DNA from: a virus
Taxonomy: Duplodnaviria; Caudoviricetes
Strand: one strand, 5' to 3'
DNA: 64,000 nucleotides
Virus record (IMG/VR): IMGVR_UViG_3300042888_002988
Span: 96,001 to 160,000 of that record
The notes below the pieces were generated by a model that worked only from the letters and a program-made list of their open reading frames with translations, made no database searches and was not told the DNA's origin. This document shows, piece after piece, positions 18,757-28,275 of the stretch (within the stretch, counting starts at the first letter, position 1; each line of letters opens with the position of its first letter). Both the position numbers and the translations under genes were made by a program.

Positions 18757-19376
18757 CACCGTTCGCACGACTGGAACCAATGATGCTGAAGAGGGCCGGA
18801 ACGCAGCCCTTCCCGTTCGCTCCGCAATACATGCCGGGGCGAGTTCCGCAACCGATGCCAGACCCTGGGCAAGCGCCGGCCGCGCCTGATGAAGGCGGTT
18901 GGGGCTGGAAAGACACCGGCGGCCTGGCGCTGGATATCGCAGCCGGATCCAACCCGTTCACCGGCGTCCCATACTACGGCTACAAGGCGTTCAACGATTT
19001 CAAGGACGGGAACATCTGGTCCGGGCTCGGCAACGTCGCCTGGGGCGCGGCGTCCTTCTTGCCCGGCGCCGGATCTGCAGCCAAAGGCATCGTAGGCGGT
19101 ATCTCTCGTGGTGCCGCGAAAATGACCCCAGGTTTCGTCAAGTCTATGCAGACTGGCGGTAAGCTGTCGGCTGGTATGACCAAGGGTATTGGCACTGGAA
19201 GCTTGGTCGGCGGCCTGGGCGCAACGGGGATGGGTATGTATACCGGCGAAGGCATGCCGCAGCAACCCCAGCAACAGCCGATGATGCCGCAGCAGATGCC
19301 GCAGCAACAGCAGCCATTCAACTTCATCGACCACTCGATCAACACCATCCGCGGCACGCAGGGTGCAGCACCATAA
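18753..19376 (+). CDS. PFAxL-leader protein with a pre-toxin-TG-like hydrophobic segment
   Basis: Starts MTPFARLEPMMLKRAG; contains LALDIAAGSNPFTG...GNIWSGLGNVAWGAASFLPGAGSAAKG. Confidence 0.55.
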   Translation: MTPFARLEPMMLKRAGTQPFPFAPQYMPGRVPQPMPDPGQAPAAPDEGGWGWKDTGGLALDIAAGSNPFTGVPYYGYKAFNDFKDGNIWSGLGNVAWGAASFLPGAGSAAKGIVGGISRGAAKMTPGFVKSMQTGGKLSAGMTKGIGTGSLVGGLGATGMGMYTGEGMPQQPQQQPMMPQQMPQQQQPFNFIDHSINTIRGTQGAAP

Positions 19377-20239
19377 TGAGCGTATTCCGCAATGTCCGAA
19401 TCTACCCCAAGCACGGCGACCGAGAAGCCGCGGTGACGTGGGAGCTTGAGAACGGCACGCCGGCTGGCAACGTCTACTTGGCGTTCTCCCCGACCGGCAC
19501 GAAGGGATCGTGGGAGGAGCTGAATCCGAATACGCCTGTGGCTTCGTCGCTGGGCTTCTACCAGGACCCGAGGTTGTTCATGAACAAGGGATCGGCCGAC
19601 GGGTTCTACCGTTTGCTGCTGATCGCCAACAGCACGGACTTCATGTCCGAGCCGTTCCAGATCATGGGCGACATCACCCGCGCGGAGTATGGCATCCTGC
19701 GCTCCATCATCCACCAGGAGTTCACCCAGATGCGCGTGACCAATGGCTTCCCCGTCTGGCACTGCATACCCCGGGAGCACGGTGACCCAGCTACGACTGT
19801 CGACCCCGACACCGGCAAGCAAGGCGGCGGTGAATGTGCCATACTGAATCCAGCTGATCGATCCTACGGCCTGCGCTTCAAGGGCGGCTTCTACACGCCG
19901 ATTCTTACCTGGATGCGCATCACGGCGCACAGCGAGGGACTCAAGGATGACCCAGACAAGTTTTCACCGGAGGACATGCTCAAAACGGCTGCGCGGCTCA
20001 TGGCGTTTCCACGGCCGGCCCGCGGTCACATGATCGTGGATCCCACCACCGACACGCGCTACCTAATCGGCGAGGAGATCAAGCCGTATCGCCTCCGGGG
20101 CGTCATGCCCGTTGCCTACAACGTGACGCTGGAGCATCTCAACCAGTCCGACGAACGCTACCAGTTCGAGCTGCCCGTCATCGACACCAAGCAGTATCGG
20201 CGCATCCCTTACTGGACGCCCAGCACTCTCACGCCATGA
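19376..20239 (+). CDS. Neck/head-closure-like protein
   Basis: Lies between adaptor and tail terminator; beta-rich with RPARGHMIVDPTTDTRYLIG. Confidence 0.5.
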   Translation: MSVFRNVRIYPKHGDREAAVTWELENGTPAGNVYLAFSPTGTKGSWEELNPNTPVASSLGFYQDPRLFMNKGSADGFYRLLLIANSTDFMSEPFQIMGDITRAEYGILRSIIHQEFTQMRVTNGFPVWHCIPREHGDPATTVDPDTGKQGGGECAILNPADRSYGLRFKGGFYTPILTWMRITAHSEGLKDDPDKFSPEDMLKTAARLMAFPRPARGHMIVDPTTDTRYLIGEEIKPYRLRGVMPVAYNVTLEHLNQSDERYQFELPVIDTKQYRRIPYWTPSTLTP

Positions 20240-20904
20240 ACGATCGACGGGACGAACTACTGAAGGACTTTCTGGCTCACGAAGTGGAGACCACGGAAGA
20301 GCTGCTTCATTGCCTGGCCGGCCCGCCCACCGCGGACTCGTTCCGGCGCATGCTGCTGCTGTTCCTACGCGGCCACTACTCGTCGGCGGACAACTACATG
20401 GGGTTCGACCAGCTGAACTGCTTCATCTGGCACCCAGACGAGAAGCAGAGCAAGATGGCGGTGGAGTTCACGCACAACCCTGACGATCGCAAGCCAGACA
20501 ACTACCCCGGGGTGTTCGTGGGGTTTGCGGAATCCAATTTCCAGAAGGTCGCGATCGGCAACTTCGCCGGCAACTCGCAGGACTTGGCCGGCACCGACAA
20601 CTCCAAGGAAGCGGTGGCGGACTATGAAATCTTCCACGTTGCGAAGAAGCCGACCGACGCCTATGACCTCGCCGAACTGACCGCCCGGGTGCTGCTGGCC
20701 ATGGGGCCGGTAATGGCCAAGAACGGTCGTGCCACGGGCTTTGAGGTGCTGGGCATGCGGAAACCCGTCGAAAAGAAACCCGCGCCGACGAATCAATACA
20801 CTGTTGCCATCCCCGTCCGAATCAGCTACACTATGGCTGTCACCCGGAACTTAGAGTCACACCGAGTTCGAATGATTTCACAATACCTAGCCACTGAGAA
20901 ATAA
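20236..20904 (+). CDS. Tail terminator/completion-like protein
   Basis: Immediately upstream of the sheath gene; YPGVFV and YTVAIPVRISY strands resemble tail-completion proteins. Confidence 0.55.
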   Translation: MNDRRDELLKDFLAHEVETTEELLHCLAGPPTADSFRRMLLLFLRGHYSSADNYMGFDQLNCFIWHPDEKQSKMAVEFTHNPDDRKPDNYPGVFVGFAESNFQKVAIGNFAGNSQDLAGTDNSKEAVADYEIFHVAKKPTDAYDLAELTARVLLAMGPVMAKNGRATGFEVLGMRKPVEKKPAPTNQYTVAIPVRISYTMAVTRNLESHRVRMISQYLATEK

Positions 20905-20916
20905 ACAAAGACTGTC

Positions 20917-23766
20917 ATGATCACTCCATACGTTCGTCCGCAAGACACCATCACGCAGATCCTTCAACAGACCGCTGTGCGCGCTACTTCGCGACGCAAC
21001 CCAGTGGTCATCGGGCCCCAATACGACCTGTATCTGAACGATGGTCGCGACCTGACCGGGGCTTATCGGGCATTCTCTAACACCGGCCTTACCGGCGCTC
21101 TCTACACCGACGAAAACGGTGTTGCACTGGATCTGAATCGGGTGACTCCTCAGACGGCAGGTGCGGTGCTCTACGGCGATCAGCTTGAAGCTCTCGTCGC
21201 TTCTCTCGGCTCTGGTGTCATGACTCTGGATCCGCTCGATCCCACCTCCCGCACGATTCGCATCGCTGCGAACAACCTGGCGGGCGTGGGTGTGCTCAAC
21301 TCTGGGTTGGATGGTCGGGCTGTGCGTGTCGGTGACTCTGTGGCGCTTGGCTGGAGCGCCACTCTACCAGCGGCGAACGGAACTACCCGCCGCAAGGTGG
21401 TCGGCCTCGCCGGCAAAGTGACCGCAGCCAGCGTTGCAGGCAACGCGACGAATGCGGTGTCGCCGCTGAACCCCACTACCGTCGCCAGCTTCAGCCTCGC
21501 CACTCCGGTTACTTCTGCCACCACTGCCGGTATCAGCGCGGGTGCGGCCCCAGTTCTAGCTGCGGGCGATATCGACCTCATTCGCGCCGCTGGTAAGATC
21601 CTTCTCGTCGGCACGGCCTACAAGCTTACTGACCAGCTGGAAATCGTCTGCAAGACCGGCGGCGGACCAGTCGGCGCTGTCTTCACCGTCACGTCGCTCG
21701 TTACTGGCTTGACGCAAGACATCGCATCCAGCGGTACCGCCCCTAACTTCACCATCTCGCTCACCACGCTTGGCTACAGCGCAACGGCCGCAGTGACCAT
21801 CTCTCGGACTGGTAACATGTTACCAGGCGAGCGCTGCCGCTTGATGCTGCAGCCCATCTTCACTCCGGCCATCACCGGTTTCATCCCCGTCGCCGGCACT
21901 TACACGCCGACTGTCGATCGTCGCTACGCCATCGAGGTTGTGGCCACCACGGGCAGCACCGAATACGACATCAAAGTCTATGACGTCACCGGCGTCGACC
22001 CCGAGGTCACTTACACCGGCGTTGTCGCTTCTGGCGCGCTGGCTCTAGGCACTTCCGGCCTGACCATCAACCCTGCCGGCTCAGCGGCCGGCGTCTGCAA
22101 AGGCTTCATCTGGTATGTGGACGTGGTCGCCGCCAAGATCTCAGGCACGGAATTCACCGGCTTGGTGCTGGACGGCCCTGCGGTGCCTACCGTCAGCGTC
22201 GCGGCTTCTGTCGCAGGCGGCGGCGTGATCACCCTCACTTCTACCGCGATCCACCAGGTCTTCAGCGGCGCGTTGAATGACACCCACACCCCCGGCATCG
22301 ATCCAATCATCGTAGCCGGCGCAACGACCTGGGCATACGCAACCGGTATCGGTCTGTCGAGCACTGCGGCCGGACGCACCAGCGCAGCCTTCAGCCCGTT
22401 TGCTACCGTATTCGGATCCGTCTACCTCACCTTCAAGGCGCTGGTCAAACCGATCGCCAATGAAGGCGTCATCGAGATCAATCGCGAGGTCGATCTTCCG
22501 GACGACGTCGGCGAGACGAGCACGGAGAACTGGCTCGGCCGTGGCGCTCTCGAAGCGTTCCGCGGTAACCAGAACCGCGTGGTCTATGCTCTCCGCACCG
22601 GTGGCGACACCGTGGAGGACTTCCGCGTGGCGCTCCGCAAGATTCAAACGACCGACCGTATTTACGCTTTGGTCGGCCTGACCGACAACTTCGACGTGAT
22701 GACCCTGATCCGGGATCACTGCAACACCATGTCGAATAAGTTCAACAAGAACTTCCGCCGTGCCTACTTCGGGACCGATTCCCCAGGTGCCTACGTCTAC
22801 TGGGGTGTCCTTCCAGGCGGTGGTTACCGCACCGGTGACCTGGCGTCCTCGATCGTCACGCTGGCGGCCGGCTTCCGGAGCACTTCAAAATTCACCAACG
22901 CCGACGTTGGGTCCACCATCACGGTGCAGTCCATCGGTCAGACCTACACGATCCTCGAGCGGTTGTCGGACTTCGAAGTGCTGACCAACGCACCGAACGT
23001 GCTGACGGCTACCGGTTCGAATCTCATCCTGACCCGCTCGGACACCCCGGCCAACGCCGCTCTGTTCGTCAGCGACCGTAGCGTCGCCCTCGGCTCGCGC
23101 CGGGCGGTCAACGTCTGGTGCGATGATCCGACGATTACCGAAGGTGGTGTGTCGAAGGTCCTCCCGATGAAGTTTGTGGCCGCCGAAATCGCCGGCCTCC
23201 GTTGTGCGCTTCTCCCGCAGCAAGGCCTCACGATGACCGAGCTGAAGTCCGTGCAATCTGCGCCGTCGATGTATACCGCCTACGATCCGGAGGATCTGGA
23301 CGCGGTCGCAGCTGCCGGCACCTTCATCATCGTGCAGGAGTCGGAGGGCGGTGACGTCTTCATCCGTCACCAGCTCACCACTGGCACCGACGAAGGAGCC
23401 CTGGCATACGAGGACAACGTCGGCGTCATCGTCGATGAGTTCTCCTACGCCGTGAAGGACTCGTTCCGCTCCTACATCGGCCGCCGCAACGCGACGCCCG
23501 ACACCATCGCCGAGATCGACGACAAGCTCAAGGCCTTGGCCACCGACTTCACACAGGTCGAGCTGGTCAACCGCGATGTCGGACCCGCTGTTCTCGCCTT
23601 CTTCGACGAGAAGGGCAACGAAGGAGAAGTCACTGTCCGCCAAGACGGCGACCTCGCCGACACGCTGATGACTTACGTCAAGCTCCGCGTCCCGCTTCCG
23701 CTCAACGGCCTCAACCACTACATCGACGTGGAGGTTGCGGAATTGCTCGCCAGTGAGGACAACTAA
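20917..23766 (+). CDS. Contractile tail sheath protein (large, with inserted domains)
   Basis: 949 aa; sheath-type C-terminus VDEFSYAVKDSFRSYIGRRNATPDTIAEI...VKLRVPLPLNGLNHYIDV; followed by a tube gene. Confidence 0.85.
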   Translation: MITPYVRPQDTITQILQQTAVRATSRRNPVVIGPQYDLYLNDGRDLTGAYRAFSNTGLTGALYTDENGVALDLNRVTPQTAGAVLYGDQLEALVASLGSGVMTLDPLDPTSRTIRIAANNLAGVGVLNSGLDGRAVRVGDSVALGWSATLPAANGTTRRKVVGLAGKVTAASVAGNATNAVSPLNPTTVASFSLATPVTSATTAGISAGAAPVLAAGDIDLIRAAGKILLVGTAYKLTDQLEIVCKTGGGPVGAVFTVTSLVTGLTQDIASSGTAPNFTISLTTLGYSATAAVTISRTGNMLPGERCRLMLQPIFTPAITGFIPVAGTYTPTVDRRYAIEVVATTGSTEYDIKVYDVTGVDPEVTYTGVVASGALALGTSGLTINPAGSAAGVCKGFIWYVDVVAAKISGTEFTGLVLDGPAVPTVSVAASVAGGGVITLTSTAIHQVFSGALNDTHTPGIDPIIVAGATTWAYATGIGLSSTAAGRTSAAFSPFATVFGSVYLTFKALVKPIANEGVIEINREVDLPDDVGETSTENWLGRGALEAFRGNQNRVVYALRTGGDTVEDFRVALRKIQTTDRIYALVGLTDNFDVMTLIRDHCNTMSNKFNKNFRRAYFGTDSPGAYVYWGVLPGGGYRTGDLASSIVTLAAGFRSTSKFTNADVGSTITVQSIGQTYTILERLSDFEVLTNAPNVLTATGSNLILTRSDTPANAALFVSDRSVALGSRRAVNVWCDDPTITEGGVSKVLPMKFVAAEIAGLRCALLPQQGLTMTELKSVQSAPSMYTAYDPEDLDAVAAAGTFIIVQESEGGDVFIRHQLTTGTDEGALAYEDNVGVIVDEFSYAVKDSFRSYIGRRNATPDTIAEIDDKLKALATDFTQVELVNRDVGPAVLAFFDEKGNEGEVTVRQDGDLADTLMTYVKLRVPLPLNGLNHYIDVEVAELLASEDN

Positions 23767-23775
23767 TGCTACAAT
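23747..23775 (+). promoter_or_regulatory. sigma70-like promoter TCGCCA-17-TACAAT for the tube gene
   Basis: Strong -10 box with correct spacing, overlapping the end of the sheath gene. Confidence 0.5.
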
Positions 23776-23804
23776 CCTTCAGCAACTTCTAACTATCGAT
23801 CACC

Positions 23805-24248
23805 ATGAAAGACGTCTTCAGCTACGACAACAACATCAAAACCAGCGGGCAAATTGCTTCCGCTGACTTTGCCCGGGTATCCGTGAAGGCCGGCGGGGGA
23901 CGCAACTCCCTTGTCCAGTCCGTGGATGTGCAATATCGCCAGCAGATCGAGGAGGTCACCCAGGTGGGCTCCACGCAGATCTACTGGCTGCCTGGGCGCC
24001 CTCAGGGTTCCATCACCATCGGCTCGCTTGTGGGATCGGAAGGATTCTTCACCGACTGGAAATCGCCTTGCGGCCGTATCGACACTGCTTCCATCAGTGT
24101 CGAAGGTGGTAAGTGCGACTTCGGCGGTCAGGGCTCTCTGTTCTTCTCCGGTGCCATCGTGGAATCGCTCAACGCGAACATCCAGACTGGTCGCCAGACG
24201 ATCACTCAGGGCGCACAGATCCGCACGGCTGGCATGCGCGCCGCTTAA
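23805..24248 (+). CDS. Tail tube protein
   Basis: 147-aa beta-rich ORF directly after the sheath gene and followed by a terminator. Confidence 0.8.
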   Translation: MKDVFSYDNNIKTSGQIASADFARVSVKAGGGRNSLVQSVDVQYRQQIEEVTQVGSTQIYWLPGRPQGSITIGSLVGSEGFFTDWKSPCGRIDTASISVEGGKCDFGGQGSLFFSGAIVESLNANIQTGRQTITQGAQIRTAGMRAA

Positions 24249-24286
24249 TTTCTTCCTCAAGCTAGGGACAGCAGGGGGACGAAGAG

Positions 24287-24321
24287 GTCCGCAGCGGGAT
24301 ACGTCACGCTGCGGACTTTTT
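24287..24321 (+). terminator. Rho-independent terminator after the tube gene
   Basis: GTCCGCAGCG-10 nt loop-CGCTGCGGAC followed by TTTTT. Confidence 0.85.
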
Positions 24322-24327
24322 GCGCTC

Positions 24328-24356
24328 TTGATAAAGACGCCGCAGCCGATTAAAGT
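24328..24356 (+). promoter_or_regulatory. sigma70-like promoter TTGATA-17-TAAAGT
   Basis: ATG at 24363 lies 6 nt after the -10 box. Confidence 0.6.
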
Positions 24357-24362
24357 CGGCCT

Positions 24363-26990
24363 ATGGCAGAGAGCACCCGCAAACCAGGCGATGGATTCCC
24401 GGACGTAAAGAAGTCGCGCAACGCGTCTGCCACTGGGGCACACAATGCAGAGCGTCTGGTGCCTGGCGCGACCTACACCGCCCAGGTTCAGGCTCGGCAA
24501 GGAGATGGCACCTATTCGGTGACCACTGAGGATCCAAAGCAGGAGGTGCATGGTGTGCGCCTGGCCGTGCCAGTGCTGGGTGGGTTATACGGACTGAAGA
24601 TTCGCTGCAGCTTGCCGCAATACACCAAGGTCAAAATCGCTTACGGAACTCCTTCGTTCATCTACGCTGTGATTCCAGAGAACAACACCGACTGGTTGAA
24701 CGCGCAGACGCGTTCAATTCTGTGGGGACCTGCGATGGACAAGGAACAGGGCGTGACCCTGGACAACTTCTCCGACCACGCCGAGGATCTCTTGGAGGGC
24801 GAAGTTGAACTCAACAACATGTTCGGTATCGCGCTGGAGTTCCTGACCACGCTGATCCGTATGAAGGCCAGCGACCGCGCGGCCGTGGAGTGCCACCTGA
24901 TCAATGACATGGTGCGCGTCATCTCCGCTCAGTATCGCCACATCAGCGGGCTCGGCGAGGATCTCATATTCGACCACGGCCGGCCCACGATGGAGCGCAG
25001 CTGGTCGATGTATCGTCACGAGGTGCTGGGCATCGCGAAGGAGAAGGAGCCGTTCGCTAAAATGAACGGCGACGAGGTAGACCGCGAAGATCTGGATGCC
25101 CGACGAGTTCTCGGGTTGGGGCGGAAGCGCCTGCACGAGTTTATCGGGTTCGCCGGTGACTTCATCCACAGTTTCGTGAGCGATCCGGCGAAGACAATCG
25201 TGTCTCTAGGAAGTCCATCTTCGGCTGCGTCTGGCGCCGGTAAGAGCTGGCTGCACCGCAACAGCGACGGGTCAGTCATTATCCAGTCGACAGCGGACAT
25301 CCGCATCGAGCGCACCTGCCGTATCCCCGTGGCCTTCCGCTATCAACACCACGAAGATCCTGAGATCACGAAGGGCCGAGAGTATGACGCGCTCACGAAG
25401 TCGTTCTTGGAGCTACCGAAAGCGCTCACGCCTGCCGATCCGCTGGATATCTATCAAGCCGCCTATCATATCCGCAGTTACTCCCGTTGGCTGGGGCGCT
25501 ATCACGCGTTCGCTCGCATGCTGCAGCTGGACCAGGAGTATCACGTGCCAGCGGAAGCAGATTCCCCGGCTCCGGACTGGCGGAACCGGGAAGCTGATCG
25601 CGAGGATGCCAACGGCCGTGCCACCTACCAGGACGACGTCACCGGCGACAAGGTTCTCTACTATGATGCCTACGCTTGTTTCGCGATCCATCGCGACGGA
25701 TCGATCGTGGTCTACGACGGCTATGGCGGAGCGGTCACCATGAGCAACGGCAACATTCAGATCAGCGCGACCCGTCACATCGACCTGGAGGCCGCTGGTG
25801 ATATCCGCATGGTGGCCGGCGGCAGCATCCTGATGAAGGCCCGCCGCAACATCGAACTGAATGCAGTGCTGGGAGGTATCGTCATGGCCAGCTACTCGTG
25901 GTTGAAAATGATCTGCCTGCAGGGGACGTTGTGGCTCCGGTCGAATGCGGTCACCGACAAGGAGGAGCCCATGCCAGAGCCCGCCGAACCGGGCATGCCG
26001 TTGCCAGAGGTGGCCGGCAAGGTTCACATCGCGCCTGGCAATCCCGACAACGCGCACGGCGCCGCCATCCTCATCGAGGCCGCCGAGGGCCATGCCATCT
26101 ACAGATCGCAGATGGGTGCGGTGCTGGCTGTGGACGGCTCACCCAGCGACACCAACGACGACAAGTTCAACCTCACGGTGAGTACGAACGGCGACCTGGA
26201 TCTGCGCGGCAAGCGGGCGGCCGACCTGCGCTCTAGCCAGCAGACGCGCGTCGCGGGCGGCACGAACCTGCTGCTCTCATCACTGTCCCTGCTGTCGGAC
26301 GCCAACGAGCTGCTCATCGGCCGCAACCTGGACGCCCCGGATCTCATCCTGCGCAACAAGCTGCTGTGGTGCCAGCGCATGTATGCTGGCGATCTGGCGG
26401 GCGGGCGCATCACCGGTCCGGAGCGCGGGCCGCGTGTGCCGATTCCCGATCCGCAGCGCGAAGTGCCGCTGAAGCATCACATCAACCACATCGACGTGTT
26501 TCCCAAGAACATCGCTCCCGCGCCGCCTGAGGGAGCCACGGACACGCAGAAGGAGCTCATGGCTGCCGCTGCCATGCTACCGTCCTCGCCGGCCATTCTG
26601 CCATGGAAGTCATCAGTCGATGGTCCGCTGTGGGCGTTCCCGCCGTCGGAAGAATACGTGTGGGACAACCGGGAGAAGACTGAGGGTGGCCTCCCGGAAA
26701 CGCTGACCCAGCAGCACCTGCGTCTTGACGCCCTGACGTCGGGCACCGACCGGTGGGGTGGTGCGGGCTACAAGACGTGGTCGATCAAGACTGGTATCAG
26801 TGGTAGGCGCATCAAGAGCTCTGGAGGCTTCGGTGCGAACGAGCTGCTGTATCGGGCCTCCGACGAGGGTGAGAGCCTACACGAACCATCCTCTACGCCG
26901 CCCTCCGGATTCGCTGACGTTCAGATCGAGTGGAAGCCAATCATCAGTCCCACGTTACAAGTCTTGAAACGCGCCGCAGAAGGCCCATAA
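24363..26990 (+). CDS. Baseplate central spike (gp5/VgrG-like)
   Basis: N-terminal OB-fold-like strands; beta-helix repeats IQISATRHIDLEAAGDIRMVAGGSILMKARRNIELNA. Confidence 0.7.
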   Translation: MAESTRKPGDGFPDVKKSRNASATGAHNAERLVPGATYTAQVQARQGDGTYSVTTEDPKQEVHGVRLAVPVLGGLYGLKIRCSLPQYTKVKIAYGTPSFIYAVIPENNTDWLNAQTRSILWGPAMDKEQGVTLDNFSDHAEDLLEGEVELNNMFGIALEFLTTLIRMKASDRAAVECHLINDMVRVISAQYRHISGLGEDLIFDHGRPTMERSWSMYRHEVLGIAKEKEPFAKMNGDEVDREDLDARRVLGLGRKRLHEFIGFAGDFIHSFVSDPAKTIVSLGSPSSAASGAGKSWLHRNSDGSVIIQSTADIRIERTCRIPVAFRYQHHEDPEITKGREYDALTKSFLELPKALTPADPLDIYQAAYHIRSYSRWLGRYHAFARMLQLDQEYHVPAEADSPAPDWRNREADREDANGRATYQDDVTGDKVLYYDAYACFAIHRDGSIVVYDGYGGAVTMSNGNIQISATRHIDLEAAGDIRMVAGGSILMKARRNIELNAVLGGIVMASYSWLKMICLQGTLWLRSNAVTDKEEPMPEPAEPGMPLPEVAGKVHIAPGNPDNAHGAAILIEAAEGHAIYRSQMGAVLAVDGSPSDTNDDKFNLTVSTNGDLDLRGKRAADLRSSQQTRVAGGTNLLLSSLSLLSDANELLIGRNLDAPDLILRNKLLWCQRMYAGDLAGGRITGPERGPRVPIPDPQREVPLKHHINHIDVFPKNIAPAPPEGATDTQKELMAAAAMLPSSPAILPWKSSVDGPLWAFPPSEEYVWDNREKTEGGLPETLTQQHLRLDALTSGTDRWGGAGYKTWSIKTGISGRRIKSSGGFGANELLYRASDEGESLHEPSSTPPSGFADVQIEWKPIISPTLQVLKRAAEGP

Positions 26991-27013
26991 TTTCCACACA
27001 GCAAACCAATACC

Positions 27014-27880
27014 ATGTCCAAGCACAAACATCCCGACACCCAGCCGCCAGAGCCCGACGAAACTCCAGCCTTCGACAGCATCTTCGATGGCGAACCTGAA
27101 ATGCCAGAACCTGGCGCTCATCGCCACGACGAGAGCGGCGAAGATCCTGCCGCACCTACGGTTACTACCGAGGACGGACACCTAAAAGCCAGCGTCCCGC
27201 TGGGCGACGTCAATCCCTACGACCACTCCGCGGAGCAGGACGCGATCGAGGAGAAGCGCAAGAAGGACGGCACCGCCCCGCCGCCGTTACCTGACGACGG
27301 CTTCACGCCTCTGCAGAATCCCAACATGATGCTGAACCCCACCGATCAGCTCATGGACGAGATGGAGCGCCGGTTCCAGATGGAGCTGGGCGACAGCAAG
27401 GTGAAAGTCACCGCCGCGGACCGCGACGCATTCGTGCGCTCCGCCCTGCTGGACCAGGAGATGGTCTTTGTCATCGAGGTCGAGGGCATCAATGCCACGG
27501 TCAAAGTCGCAATGGCCCCGGACGAGTTCACCAACAGCGCCGCCGCGGCCGTAACCCAGTGGGGCAAGGACGGATTCATCGATCCGGAAAGCCAGCTCCA
27601 GTGGCTCCTGGCGTTCCAACAGATACACGTGTGGTATCAGGTGCGCGAGATCAACGGTGAACCGACTCCCTGGTCGGACTACTGGGTCGATGGCCTGCCG
27701 ACGATCCGGGACATGCGCGCGAAGATGCGCGACCACGAGAGCTTCACGCCATTCTTCCAGATGAACGCGGTGAGGTGGCGCATGCTGCTGGACGCGGTGC
27801 GCACCGCCGAGCTCAAGTATAAGATCTGCCTCCAGAACTGGAAGAACCGGTCTTTTTTTACTGGGGCAGATACCGACTGA
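27014..27880 (+). CDS. Tail assembly chaperone (G-like)
   Basis: Acidic disordered N-terminus; located upstream of the tape measure gene; ends in a slippery T TTT TTT. Confidence 0.65.
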   Translation: MSKHKHPDTQPPEPDETPAFDSIFDGEPEMPEPGAHRHDESGEDPAAPTVTTEDGHLKASVPLGDVNPYDHSAEQDAIEEKRKKDGTAPPPLPDDGFTPLQNPNMMLNPTDQLMDEMERRFQMELGDSKVKVTAADRDAFVRSALLDQEMVFVIEVEGINATVKVAMAPDEFTNSAAAAVTQWGKDGFIDPESQLQWLLAFQQIHVWYQVREINGEPTPWSDYWVDGLPTIRDMRAKMRDHESFTPFFQMNAVRWRMLLDAVRTAELKYKICLQNWKNRSFFTGADTD

Positions 27881-27898
27881 TGGTAGTCGCCTATCTGC
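27853..27898 (+). promoter_or_regulatory. Programmed -1 ribosomal frameshift signal
   Basis: Heptamer T TTT TTT (27853-27859) in the correct phase, a 6-nt spacer, then a hairpin GCAGATA/TATCTGC plus CGACT/AGTCG. The -1 frame is open into the next ORF. Confidence 0.75.
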
Positions 27899-28275
27899 GT
27901 GGAGTGCTGCGCCCAAACCATCCCTTCGGCTCGCGATCGTTCACCACAGAGCAGATCGTGCTGGAGTCGCTGAGCGCCGAGCGCTTGTCCGACAACATGC
28001 AGGCGGAAGTCATGGCCGACCTCTCACTGATCCCGGCCATGAACCAGAAGGGTGTCATCAGCACGGCCGAGCGCGCGAACAGCCGCCTGGGTCGCGCCTG
28101 CGAACTGAGGTTGTTCGACATCTACAAAGTCGCCGACCAGATCGCTGGACGCATGAAGCGTGACACGAAAAATGAACTCTCCCTGTATCAGGTCTACCAA
28201 ATAGCTGAGAAGTCTGGTATCTTCGAAGCGTTCGACGCCCATTACAGGGAAGAGGACTCCAAGCCGCTGCTATGA
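27880..28275 (+). CDS. Tail assembly chaperone frameshift extension (T-like)
   Basis: Lies in the -1 frame relative to the upstream chaperone and immediately before the tape measure gene. Confidence 0.65.
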   Translation: MVVAYLRGVLRPNHPFGSRSFTTEQIVLESLSAERLSDNMQAEVMADLSLIPAMNQKGVISTAERANSRLGRACELRLFDIYKVADQIAGRMKRDTKNELSLYQVYQIAEKSGIFEAFDAHYREEDSKPLL

